Below, piece after piece: positions 49,537 to 57,087 of a stretch of 64,000 nucleotides of DNA. The number at the start of each line of letters is the position of its first letter. The stretch's first letter is position 1. The notes under the pieces are model-generated. The model did not search any database and was not told the origin of the DNA. It worked only from the letters and a program-made list of their open reading frames with translations. The stretch is taken from the IMG/VR virus record IMGVR_UViG_3300027977_000008, positions 32,001-96,000 of that record; one strand, given 5' to 3'. The translations under genes and the position numbers were made by a program. The DNA comes from a virus.

Positions 49537-50682
49537 ATGGCCATCAACGGAATGACCGTTTTTAATGATGCTCAAGTTGACATAAAAAAGGAACCAATGT
49601 TCTTTGGACAACCATTAGGTATTCAAAGATATGATACTTATAAGTATCCAGTATTTGAAAAACTAACTAATCAACAACTTAGTTATTTTTGGCGTCCAGA
49701 AGAAATATCCTTACAAAAAGATCGTAGTGACTACCAGACACTACGACAAGAACAAAAACATATTTTTACTTCCAATTTAAAGTATCAAGTTCTTCTTGAT
49801 AGTATTCAAGGTCGTGGACCTAGTATGGCATTTGCTCCATACTGTTCACTACCAGAACTGGAAGGTGCTATGAAAGTATGGGAGTTTATGGAGATGATCC
49901 ATAGTCGTTCTTATACTTACATCATAAAAAATATATATGCAAATCCTTCTGAAGTTTTTGACACAATTTTAAATGATCAAAAGATCTTAGATCGTGCTAG
50001 GTCTGTAACTGAAGCGTATGATGATTTCATCAATGCTGCTCATGCATATGATAGTAGTAATCAATGGAAGTTTGTAAATGAAGGAGTTCCTTCTGCTACG
50101 GATGAATTGTATGAACTAAAGCGTAAACTTTATAGAGCAGTTGCTAACGTTAACATTCTTGAGGGTATTCGTTTTTATGTTTCTTTTGCATGTTCTTTTG
50201 CTTTTGGTGAACTGAAAGTAATGGAAGGATCTGCAAAGATAATCTCACTTATTGCTCGTGACGAAAATCAACATCTTGTTCTTACTCAGAATATTTTGAA
50301 CAAGTGGAAAGAAGGTGATGATCCTGATATGGAAAGGATTGTTGAAGAGGAAGAAGAAAATATTGTTGCAATGTTTAGGAAAGCAGTTGATCAAGAAAAA
50401 GAATGGGCAGAATATTTGTTCCAGGATGGATCAATGATTGGATTGAATCAAAAACTTCTCAGTTCTTATGTTGAATGGATTGCCAATCGTCGTATGAAAG
50501 CGATTGGATTGAAATCAATTTATGATATTTCTTCTAAAAATAATCCACTTCCTTGGACTGAACATTGGATCTCTTCTAAAGGTCTTCAAGTTGCTCCACA
50601 AGAAACGGAAGTTGAAAGTTATTTGGTTGGTGGCATCAAACAAGATATGAAGAACAATACCTTTGCTGGATTTCAGTTGTAA
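49537..50682 (+). CDS. nrdB: Ribonucleotide reductase class Ia beta subunit
   Basis: FWRPEE, EMIHSRSY, EGIRFYVSF, RDE..H, VAPQETE; start uncertain. Confidence 0.96.
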   Translation: MAINGMTVFNDAQVDIKKEPMFFGQPLGIQRYDTYKYPVFEKLTNQQLSYFWRPEEISLQKDRSDYQTLRQEQKHIFTSNLKYQVLLDSIQGRGPSMAFAPYCSLPELEGAMKVWEFMEMIHSRSYTYIIKNIYANPSEVFDTILNDQKILDRARSVTEAYDDFINAAHAYDSSNQWKFVNEGVPSATDELYELKRKLYRAVANVNILEGIRFYVSFACSFAFGELKVMEGSAKIISLIARDENQHLVLTQNILNKWKEGDDPDMERIVEEEEENIVAMFRKAVDQEKEWAEYLFQDGSMIGLNQKLLSSYVEWIANRRMKAIGLKSIYDISSKNNPLPWTEHWISSKGLQVAPQETEVESYLVGGIKQDMKNNTFAGFQL

Positions 50683-50831
50683 TGGAAGAGTGGAAAGAGA
50701 AGGCACTGAAATACAAAAAACTCTTGGAGTACAACAAACGAATTCTTCGGGAGGGACCAAGAGATCTGTCGGAAGCGTGGTTTCTGGGAGCAATGAAACA
50801 AAAATACTACCAACCCCCCTGGTTTAACTGA
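50682..50831 (+). CDS. Small hypothetical protein (49 aa)
   Basis: MEEWKEKAL...ILREGPRDLSEAWFLGAMK; TAATG overlap with nrdB. Confidence 0.6.
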   Translation: MEEWKEKALKYKKLLEYNKRILREGPRDLSEAWFLGAMKQKYYQPPWFN

Positions 50832-50865
50832 ATAGATAAATACCTCCATATGGAGGTATTTTATT

Positions 50866-51204
50866 ATGAACCCAAGTTCGGCTAAAGCTAAAGGCAGAAG
50901 ATTGCAACAATGGGTTCGTGATCAATTGATTGAGCACCTTGAAGTACATCCTGAAGATATTGAAAGTCGTAGTATGGGTGCTGGTGGAGAAGATCTTATC
51001 ATGGCTCGTGCTGCCAGATCTAAGTTTCCTCATAGTATAGAATGTAAAAATGTCGAGAAGCTAAATATCTGGGATGCTTACTCTCAAGCATGTGCAAATT
51101 GTGGCGAGTATGAGCCCGTTTTGTTTATAAAAAAGAATAACAAAAACCCATTAGTGGTTGTGGATGCAGAGTATTACATAAACTTATTTGGAGATAAAAA
51201 ATGA
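50866..51204 (+). CDS. PD-(D/E)xK nuclease, Holliday junction resolvase-like
   Basis: AKAKGR, GEDL, SIECKN, AY.QA. Confidence 0.75.
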   Translation: MNPSSAKAKGRRLQQWVRDQLIEHLEVHPEDIESRSMGAGGEDLIMARAARSKFPHSIECKNVEKLNIWDAYSQACANCGEYEPVLFIKKNNKNPLVVVDAEYYINLFGDKK

Positions 51205-51896
51205 AAATTGATTTACATAACTTCTTTAAGCATTACGATGAAAAAAATCCTAAGCATGTTGCTGGTGTAGAGCAACTGGAAAAGGATCTAACAGATTCTC
51301 TATTGATTGATGACACCTCAAATTGGGTTAGGATTTATAGAACTAAACCAAGCAAACCAGTAAATCCATCTATTCTTGATGTGCCTTACTATCCACAGAC
51401 AGATAACTATACAAATGCAGAACGCACTTGTAATTCCTCTGCCTGTGCGATGTGTCTTGAGTATTTCAAACCCGGAACTCTTAAAGGAGCACAAGGAGAT
51501 GATGCCTATATTAGAAAAGTATTTGCCATCGGTGATACAACTGACCATTCTGTGCAGACAAAAGTTCTCGCAAGTTATGGAATTCAGTCAAGTTTTAGTT
51601 ATAATCTTTCTTTTGCTGATCTTGATAAAAGTCTTAGTGCTGGCAAACCTGTTGTTATTGGCATCCTACATCGTGGTTCTTTGTCTTATCCTACGGGCGG
51701 CCACATGGTTGTAGTGATTGGTAAGACACAGAGTGGTGACTATGTTGTAAATGATCCTTATGGGTCACTCAATGATGGTTATACGGGTGATGTTTATAAT
51801 GGCAAAGGTGCTATCTATAAGAAATCAGATCTATCTGCTCGCTGGTGTCCTAATGGTAATGACGGATGGGGCAGAATCTTTGATGTAAAAAAGTAG
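51201..51896 (+). CDS. Peptidase C39-like (papain-like) endolysin component
   Basis: VPYYPQ.DN, TCNSSACAM (catalytic Cys), GGHM (His), VNDPYG (Asp); ends on A AAA AAG TAG. Confidence 0.85.
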   Translation: MKIDLHNFFKHYDEKNPKHVAGVEQLEKDLTDSLLIDDTSNWVRIYRTKPSKPVNPSILDVPYYPQTDNYTNAERTCNSSACAMCLEYFKPGTLKGAQGDDAYIRKVFAIGDTTDHSVQTKVLASYGIQSSFSYNLSFADLDKSLSAGKPVVIGILHRGSLSYPTGGHMVVVIGKTQSGDYVVNDPYGSLNDGYTGDVYNGKGAIYKKSDLSARWCPNGNDGWGRIFDVKK

Positions 51897-51948
51897 AAAA
51901 CTCTACTCCTTCTGGAAGCAAGTATGATGTACCTGCAAAAGGAGTAGA
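51887..51948 (+). promoter_or_regulatory. Candidate programmed -1 ribosomal frameshift signal
   Basis: A AAA AAG heptamer 51887-51893; in-frame TAG follows; 10-bp stem TCTACTCCTT(51902-11)/AAGGAGTAGA(51939-48). Confidence 0.8.
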
Positions 51949-52387
51949 TCTTATTAAAGAGTTTGAAGGTTGTCATTTGCAGGCATATCCAGATCCTCTG
52001 TCTGGACATCTTCCGATTACTATTGGTTGGGGAAGCACTAGAGATTTGAATGGAAAACCATTTAAACTGGGTCAAAAGATATCACAAAAAGTTGCTGATG
52101 ATCTTTTGATAAATCAAATTAAAAATGAGTTTCTTCCTACACTTTCAAAAATACCTTATTGGAGTGAGATGACAGATGGAAAACGTGGTGCTCTTCTTAG
52201 TTTTGCTTACAATCTTGGAGCTGGTTTTTATGGATCTGGAAATTTTAGTTCAATCACTGCGAGATTAAAAAATAAAGAATGGGATAAAGTTCCTGATGCT
52301 CTTTATCTTTATCGTAATCCTGGTTCAAATGCAGAAGCAGGTCTGGCACGTAGAAGAAAGGCAGAGGGAAAACTCTGGAATTCTTAA
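51893..52387 (+). CDS. GH24 (T4/P22-type) lysozyme domain, reached via the -1 frame
   Basis: LIKEFEGC.L.AYPD..TIGWGST, SFAYNLG, GLARRR.AE; no ATG/GTG upstream of the catalytic Glu in this frame. Confidence 0.85.
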   Translation, partial: VENSTPSGSKYDVPAKGVDLIKEFEGCHLQAYPDPLSGHLPITIGWGSTRDLNGKPFKLGQKISQKVADDLLINQIKNEFLPTLSKIPYWSEMTDGKRGALLSFAYNLGAGFYGSGNFSSITARLKNKEWDKVPDALYLYRNPGSNAEAGLARRRKAEGKLWNS

Positions 52388-52796
52388 AGGAGCACAAGGA
52401 GATGATGCCTATATTAGAAAAGTATTTGCCATCGGTGATACAACTGACCATTCGGTTCAAACTAATGTGTTGAATTCATATGGGGTTAAATCACACTTTA
52501 GTTACAATCTTTCTTTTGCTGATCTTGATCGTGAAATAGCAAATCAAAGACCAGTAGTGATTGGCATTCTACATCGTGGTTCTTTATCTAATCCTACGGG
52601 CGGCCACATGGTTGTAGTGATTGGTAAGACACAGAGTGGTGACTATGTTGTAAATGATCCTTATGGGTCACTCAATGATGGTTATACGGGTGATGTTTAT
52701 AATGGCAAAGGTGCTGTATATAAGAAGTCTGACTTAACTTATAGATGGTTAGAGAATGGTAAGGATAAGACTGGTTGGGGAAGAATTTTTAAATAA
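52382..52796 (+). pseudogene. 5'-truncated second copy of the C39 peptidase (lacks the catalytic Cys)
   Basis: Identical blocks 51479-51550=52382-52453 and 51688-51812=52591-52715, interleaved with divergent but in-frame segments. Confidence 0.75.
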
Positions 52797-52812
52797 AGTT
52801 TAAAACAGTAAA

Positions 52813-53007
52813 ATGTTACGCGAATGGAATACTCCCTTTAGAGAACCATGGAACCCTGTTATAAAAAAATGCTTAGATGCAATAGATTTGCACACTAAAT
52901 TGTATTTAGAAACTAAAAATTCTTTTCATTTATCTCAATCAAATCTTCTTAGAGAATATATTACCAATTTAAAAAATTGGATTATTGAAAATGAACCAGA
53001 AGGTTGA
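52813..53007 (+). CDS. Conserved cyanophage hypothetical protein
   Basis: REWNTP.REPWNP.I...L.AID.H. Confidence 0.7.
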   Translation: MLREWNTPFREPWNPVIKKCLDAIDLHTKLYLETKNSFHLSQSNLLREYITNLKNWIIENEPEG

Positions 53008-53017
53008 CATAGAAGTC

Positions 53018-53046
53018 TTGACAAAAGATAAATAATCACTTATAAT
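53018..53046 (+). promoter_or_regulatory. sigma70 promoter with nested late ATAAATA
   Basis: TTGACA-17 nt-TATAAT; ATAAATA in the spacer. Confidence 0.7.
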
Positions 53047-53170
53047 GAAACATCGCCTTACAGCGGTTACATCATGAGATTTTGATGTGAAAATTAGAGC
53101 CCAGGAGATTGCCCTTTGAAAAAAGGGAAGTGTGCTTTCTCTATTGGGATGTAGAATTCTATTAAACTTA

Positions 53171-53830
53171 ATGCTACTATCAACAATTGCTACCCTTTCA
53201 GTCTTAACTGCGTTTCAGTCACCACTCTTAATACCAGTGAGTGCTCCACCAGTTCCTGAGAAAGAAAGTTTAGAACTCACAGTTCAAGACTTCTCAAATC
53301 AGAAAGACACCAAATCTGAAAAACTAAACATTACAGAAACGAAGGTCGAAAATAAAGAAAAGATTTGGAAATGTAAAGGGTGTAATCAAACAGAAACTTA
53401 TGCTTTGAGTTACTTACAAAAACAAGGAATCAAAGATAAGAATGCTCTAGCAACAATCATGGGCAATATCAAACAGGAATCAGATTTTGTTCCTAATATC
53501 TGTGAGGGTGGGTCTAGAGTTTCCTACCAAGGATGTGGAAGCGGTGGTTACGGATTAATTCAGTGGACCGATTCTGCAAGATATAATGGTTTAGGAAGAC
53601 ATGCTGCCCGTATGGGTGCCAGTGCTTCCACACTTGACACTCAACTCAACTATATGTTGTATGAGGGTGACTGGAAAATGATTGAACCAAGAATGAAAAC
53701 TCCTGGTAAATCTATTGACCAGTACATGTATTATGCTAGTAAGTGGATTCGTTGGGGACATCATGGAGCAAGAACTGACTTTGCATATAACTATGCAAAG
53801 AAAATGGTTCTTACTGAAGTAGATGCCTAA
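53171..53830 (+). CDS. Phage tail-lysozyme-like cell wall hydrolase with signal peptide
   Basis: IMGNIKQES.F.P, GYGLIQWT, QL.Y; ATG 53171 preferred. Confidence 0.8.
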   Translation: MLLSTIATLSVLTAFQSPLLIPVSAPPVPEKESLELTVQDFSNQKDTKSEKLNITETKVENKEKIWKCKGCNQTETYALSYLQKQGIKDKNALATIMGNIKQESDFVPNICEGGSRVSYQGCGSGGYGLIQWTDSARYNGLGRHAARMGASASTLDTQLNYMLYEGDWKMIEPRMKTPGKSIDQYMYYASKWIRWGHHGARTDFAYNYAKKMVLTEVDA

Positions 53831-53865
53831 CTGAATAAATATGGGGGAATATATCTTCCCCCTTT

Positions 53866-54273
53866 GTGGTTAACTTTAATTTTGGCAAGAAGAAACCAGA
53901 TATAAAACAGTATGCTATCATCGGAGTTGTATTGACAGCAGTGATAGCAACCCTCTCGCAATGCACTAAGATATCTGAAAATAATCTATGGGATATTTTA
54001 GATGAGATACAAAGAAAATATTTTCCTCAAACCATATTGAATGAGTTTATAATCAAAGATGATGAAAAACTTCAGAGAAGAATTGGTAGAGATGTAGATC
54101 GAGCAATAAATGATATAACTCCGGAGTATGATCGTATTATTTCTGATTATGACAGGAAATACAAACCCAGATACAGCGAAAAACCGGTTGACGAAAATGT
54201 GTGCTATACTAAAGACTGTAAGGCATTGGGAGGTGAGATTAGACTAACTGCTCCATGGTACGTGTCTCAGTAA
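53866..54273 (+). CDS. Hypothetical membrane-anchored protein
   Basis: N-terminal TM ending in LSQC; stop overlaps the 5' end of tRNA-Arg. Confidence 0.6.
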   Translation: MVNFNFGKKKPDIKQYAIIGVVLTAVIATLSQCTKISENNLWDILDEIQRKYFPQTILNEFIIKDDEKLQRRIGRDVDRAINDITPEYDRIISDYDRKYKPRYSEKPVDENVCYTKDCKALGGEIRLTAPWYVSQ

Positions 54274-54337
54274 CTCAGTGGACTAGAGTAACGCTCTTCT
54301 AAAGCGTGAGTCGTAGGTTCGAATCCTACCTGAGACG
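54264..54337 (+). tRNA. tRNA-Arg(TCT)
   Basis: GTCTCAG/CTGAGAC acceptor; ACGCT-CTTCTAA-AGCGT anticodon arm; GTTCGAATC. Confidence 0.92.
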
Positions 54338-54396
54338 TTCCTTTACTAAGGAAAATTATATCAGTACTATACCACCCAGTTGCTATTGTAACTCAG

Positions 54397-54921
54397 ATGG
54401 ATATTTTAGAAATCCAAATGAAACTTATAAAGAACTCCCTTAGAAAAGAATTGATTTCATTATGCAACGATGAAATAGATAAGTTGCTTCCTAGTCGTGC
54501 ATGGTCCATTAATCAAACCACATGGAATAAAGAATTACTTGGAGATGATTTTCATGGAGTTTGTCTTTCTGCTGATGTTTCTTCCTTTACAGAAAGAAAA
54601 ATAAAAACTGAATTGTTGAAGTTGCTTCCAGAAGCAGACAAAATTACCATGAATTATAATGTGTTTCTTAAAAATTCTGGCATCCGATGGCATAGTGATG
54701 CTAATTATAAATTTGGTGCAACATTATATTTGAATGAATGGAATAATAAGTGGGGTGGATTATTTCTATGGGAAGACAAAGAGGAAAACTTACACGTTAT
54801 TTGTCCTGAACCAGGCACATTAGTAATAAATACAGAAGAAGAAAACCATTCTATAACTCATTTGTCTTCTATTGCACCATATCCAAGAAGGTCTTTACAG
54901 ATTTGGGGAACCATGCTATAA
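54397..54921 (+). CDS. 2OG-Fe(II) oxygenase (prolyl hydroxylase-like)
   Basis: WHSD, TLYLN.W...WGG.F, H.I, R.SLQ. Confidence 0.8.
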   Translation: MDILEIQMKLIKNSLRKELISLCNDEIDKLLPSRAWSINQTTWNKELLGDDFHGVCLSADVSSFTERKIKTELLKLLPEADKITMNYNVFLKNSGIRWHSDANYKFGATLYLNEWNNKWGGLFLWEDKEENLHVICPEPGTLVINTEEENHSITHLSSIAPYPRRSLQIWGTML

Positions 54922-54976
54922 TGTTCAAGTGTGAAGGAAGTGCAACAGGCATGAGAAATTTGTAAGTCCCTTTTTT

Positions 54977-55056
54977 GTCGGTGTGGCGGAATGGTAGACG
55001 CGCTGGGTTTAGGTTCCAGTGACTAGTTCGTGGAGGTTCAAGTCCTCTCACCGACA
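54977..55056 (+). tRNA. tRNA-Leu(TAG)
   Basis: GTCGGTG/CACCGAC; CTGGG-TTTAGGT-TCCAG; variable arm; GTTCAAGTC. Confidence 0.92.
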
Positions 55057-55059
55057 TTT

Positions 55060-55131
55060 GCGAAATTAATTCAGCGGTAGAATGTCTGCCTTCCAAGCAG
55101 AACGTCAGGAGTTCAAATCTCCTATTTCGCT
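55060..55131 (+). tRNA. tRNA-Gly(TCC)
   Basis: GCGAAAT/ATTTCGC; TCTGC-CTTCCAA-GCAGA. Confidence 0.9.
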
Positions 55132-55189
55132 TGCCCAAAAAATTGGGCACTAAATAAATCTTGTATTTGTAATTTTTTAATACATTCTT

Positions 55190-56065
55190 ATGAAAATCAA
55201 ATCTATTGTTGCTAGTGCAGTTGCTGTTTCTGCAATGACTGTTCCTGCATTTGCTGGACAATTCTCTGATGTTTCCCCCACTAACTGGGCATATCAGGCA
55301 ATTACCAATCTAAATGCTCGTTACGGTTGTCTTGTTGGATATCCTAATGGTACTTTAAAGCCTGCTCAGGATGCTACTCGTGCTGAGCTGGCTGCTCTGA
55401 CGAATGCTTGCCTGGATCGCATTTCCGAGTTCTCCAGTGCTGAAGATGCCCGCACTGCTGCTGCTCTTCGTGCTGAGTTCTCTAAGCAACTTGCTGCTAC
55501 TAATGTTCGTGTAAGGACTCTTGAAGTTGCTGCCGCTCGTAAGGCACAAGGAGTTGGTCAGTATGTTGGTGTTGGTGTTCTTGTAAATAAGCAAGGTACT
55601 GATGGTAATGGTTATGGTGCTAACCGAACTGTTTCTGGTGCTACTGTTCAAGCGCGTTTCCCTGTGGCGACTGTTTGGAGTAATGATGTTTCAGTTCGTC
55701 CTTATGCTAACTTTGTCGGTAGTCCTGCTGGACAGATTGGTGCTGCTGGTGGAGCACTTGCTACTTATGATTACTCCATCTCACGCAAGACTCTTGCTAA
55801 TGGAACTAAAGTAAGTCGTGCAAATGTTTATGGTGGTGTTGGTTATCAAGTTCCTTTCGTAAACAATACTTCTTCTAACTATCAGTCTGCTGTTGGTTCA
55901 CAGGGTCAAGTTGTGTTTGCTCTGGGTGTTGAAAGTCGCATTACAGATTCTCTGGTTGGTTTTGCTGATGTTAAGTTTCCCACTACCAATGCTACCAATA
56001 GCTATGGTGGTTCCAATGGAACTTATAGTCCAGTATTTACAACTGGTCTAGGTATCAAGTTCTGA
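55190..56065 (+). CDS. SLH-domain outer-membrane protein (cyanobacterial porin-like)
   Basis: Signal peptide; FSDV.P.NWAYQAI..L..RYGC..GYPNGT SLH domain; beta strands; C-terminal GLGIKF. Confidence 0.8.
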   Translation: MKIKSIVASAVAVSAMTVPAFAGQFSDVSPTNWAYQAITNLNARYGCLVGYPNGTLKPAQDATRAELAALTNACLDRISEFSSAEDARTAAALRAEFSKQLAATNVRVRTLEVAAARKAQGVGQYVGVGVLVNKQGTDGNGYGANRTVSGATVQARFPVATVWSNDVSVRPYANFVGSPAGQIGAAGGALATYDYSISRKTLANGTKVSRANVYGGVGYQVPFVNNTSSNYQSAVGSQGQVVFALGVESRITDSLVGFADVKFPTTNATNSYGGSNGTYSPVFTTGLGIKF

Positions 56066-56118
56066 TAAACTACTCATAGGTTGAGTTAGATCACTCATTT
56101 TTTGAGTGGTCTTTGAAA

Positions 56119-56188
56119 GGAAGTTAAGTCAAAGAATCAAGACAAGCAGATAATGCCCTCGTAACTGGTGTAAGTCCAGTAACTTTCT
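56119..56188 (+). ncRNA. tRNA-like structured RNA (non-canonical)
   Basis: GGAAGTT/AACTTTC 7-bp acceptor, GTC/GAC D-like stem, ACTGG-TGTAAGT-CCAGT T-like arm, no canonical anticodon arm. Confidence 0.55.
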
Positions 56189-56192
56189 TTAT

Positions 56193-56264
56193 TCCACAAT
56201 AGCTCAGCGGTAGAGTCGGTGACTGTTAATCACTTTGTCCCTGGTTCGAATCCAGGTTGTGGAG
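56193..56264 (+). tRNA. tRNA-Asn(GTT)
   Basis: TCCACAA/TTGTGGA; GGTGA-CTGTTAA-TCACT. Confidence 0.92.
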
Positions 56265-56267
56265 CTT

Positions 56268-56339
56268 GGGCGATTAACTCAGCGGTAGAGTGCCTCGTTT
56301 ACACCGAGTATGTAGGCGGTTCAATCCCGTCATCGCCCA
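56268..56339 (+). tRNA. tRNA-Val(TAC)
   Basis: GGGCGAT/ATCGCCC; CTCG-TTTACAC-CGAG. Confidence 0.9.
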
Positions 56340-56347
56340 TATAAATA
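56340..56347 (+). promoter_or_regulatory. T4-type late promoter
   Basis: TATAAATA. Confidence 0.7.
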
Positions 56348-56378
56348 AATAAAATTGGTGTATAAGCATTAGTAATAA

Positions 56379-56891
56379 ATGAAAAATTTTGCTGAGTTTA
56401 TGCTAGAATGTCAGTGTATTCAAGAGACTTCACTCAATCGTGTAAAATCTAAATCAGACAAAGGTGGCATGGCAATCATGTCTGCCGAAAGAGGTGATAA
56501 GTCTAAGTCTCAAAACAAAGCACGATCCAAGCAATTAACAAAAGACATTCGTGGTGCTGGTCTTCCTGGTCCAACAAAAGTAAAAGGAAGATATACAGAA
56601 AATCCTGGCACTAAAGATGAGAAAAAAGTTTCTGAAAAGTCTTATGTAATTTCATCTGGAAAGAAAAGTAAAAAAAAGTTTAAAAAGGCAGTTGCTAAAC
56701 TTGGTGCTAAGTATGATCAAGATTCCGTTTTAGTTCAAAAAAAAGGAAAGGGTGGTGCAAGTCTTACTGGAACTTCTAAAACATCTTGGCCAGGGAAAGG
56801 AAAAAATGTTAAGGTTGGCAAAATGAAACCTGGACGTACTGGTGAATTTGACACTAAAGTGAAAAACAAAACATTTACTTATGAAAACTAA
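56379..56891 (+). CDS. Basic late protein with capsid-targeting-like N-terminus
   Basis: MKNFAEFMLE..IQE; SA.RG, G.Y.E, KY.QDSVL. Confidence 0.7.
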   Translation: MKNFAEFMLECQCIQETSLNRVKSKSDKGGMAIMSAERGDKSKSQNKARSKQLTKDIRGAGLPGPTKVKGRYTENPGTKDEKKVSEKSYVISSGKKSKKKFKKAVAKLGAKYDQDSVLVQKKGKGGASLTGTSKTSWPGKGKNVKVGKMKPGRTGEFDTKVKNKTFTYEN

Positions 56892-57087
56892 ATTTCCTCT
56901 TCCACATGTAGTGGACACTAATGAAAAAACTGTATGGGTACTTTGTGATAGTGCCATTACTACAATGGGTATTGGTAGTATTGTAAAAAAATTCTATCCT
57001 GGATATACTCTTAAAATTGCAAGTAAAGAATATTTTAAAACCTTAAATGAATTTAAACACACTGACAATACGTTGCAAAACTTGTAA
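56881..57087 (+). CDS. Hypothetical protein
   Basis: CDSAIT.MG...KKFYPGY. Confidence 0.6.
   Translation: MKTKFPLPHVVDTNEKTVWVLCDSAITTMGIGSIVKKFYPGYTLKIASKEYFKTLNEFKHTDNTLQNL

Noticed and set aside
35049-50682. Introns or inteins in gp43, gp41, nrdA and nrdB (also checked gp17 and gp20)
   Set aside because: All are continuous ORFs of normal length with no intein motifs
52296-52381. ORF-track N-terminus MLFIFIVILV.. for the second peptidase copy
   Set aside because: It is the +1 frame of the lysozyme coding sequence; peptidase homology begins only at 52382
51977-52387. Stand-alone lysozyme starting at TTG 51977
   Set aside because: Would omit the catalytic Glu in IKEFEG
52382-52390. +1 frameshift at TCT TAA extending the lysozyme into the second peptidase copy
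   Set aside because: The frames would allow it, but Ser-tRNA cannot re-pair well on CTT and no prfB-like SD is positioned upstream; unsupported
51479-52796. Peptidase duplicate as a DGR TR/VR pair
   Set aside because: Differences are block-like and not adenine-specific; no RT in the window
54869-55261. 130-aa minus-strand ORF
   Set aside because: Antisense to tRNA-Leu and tRNA-Gly; spurious
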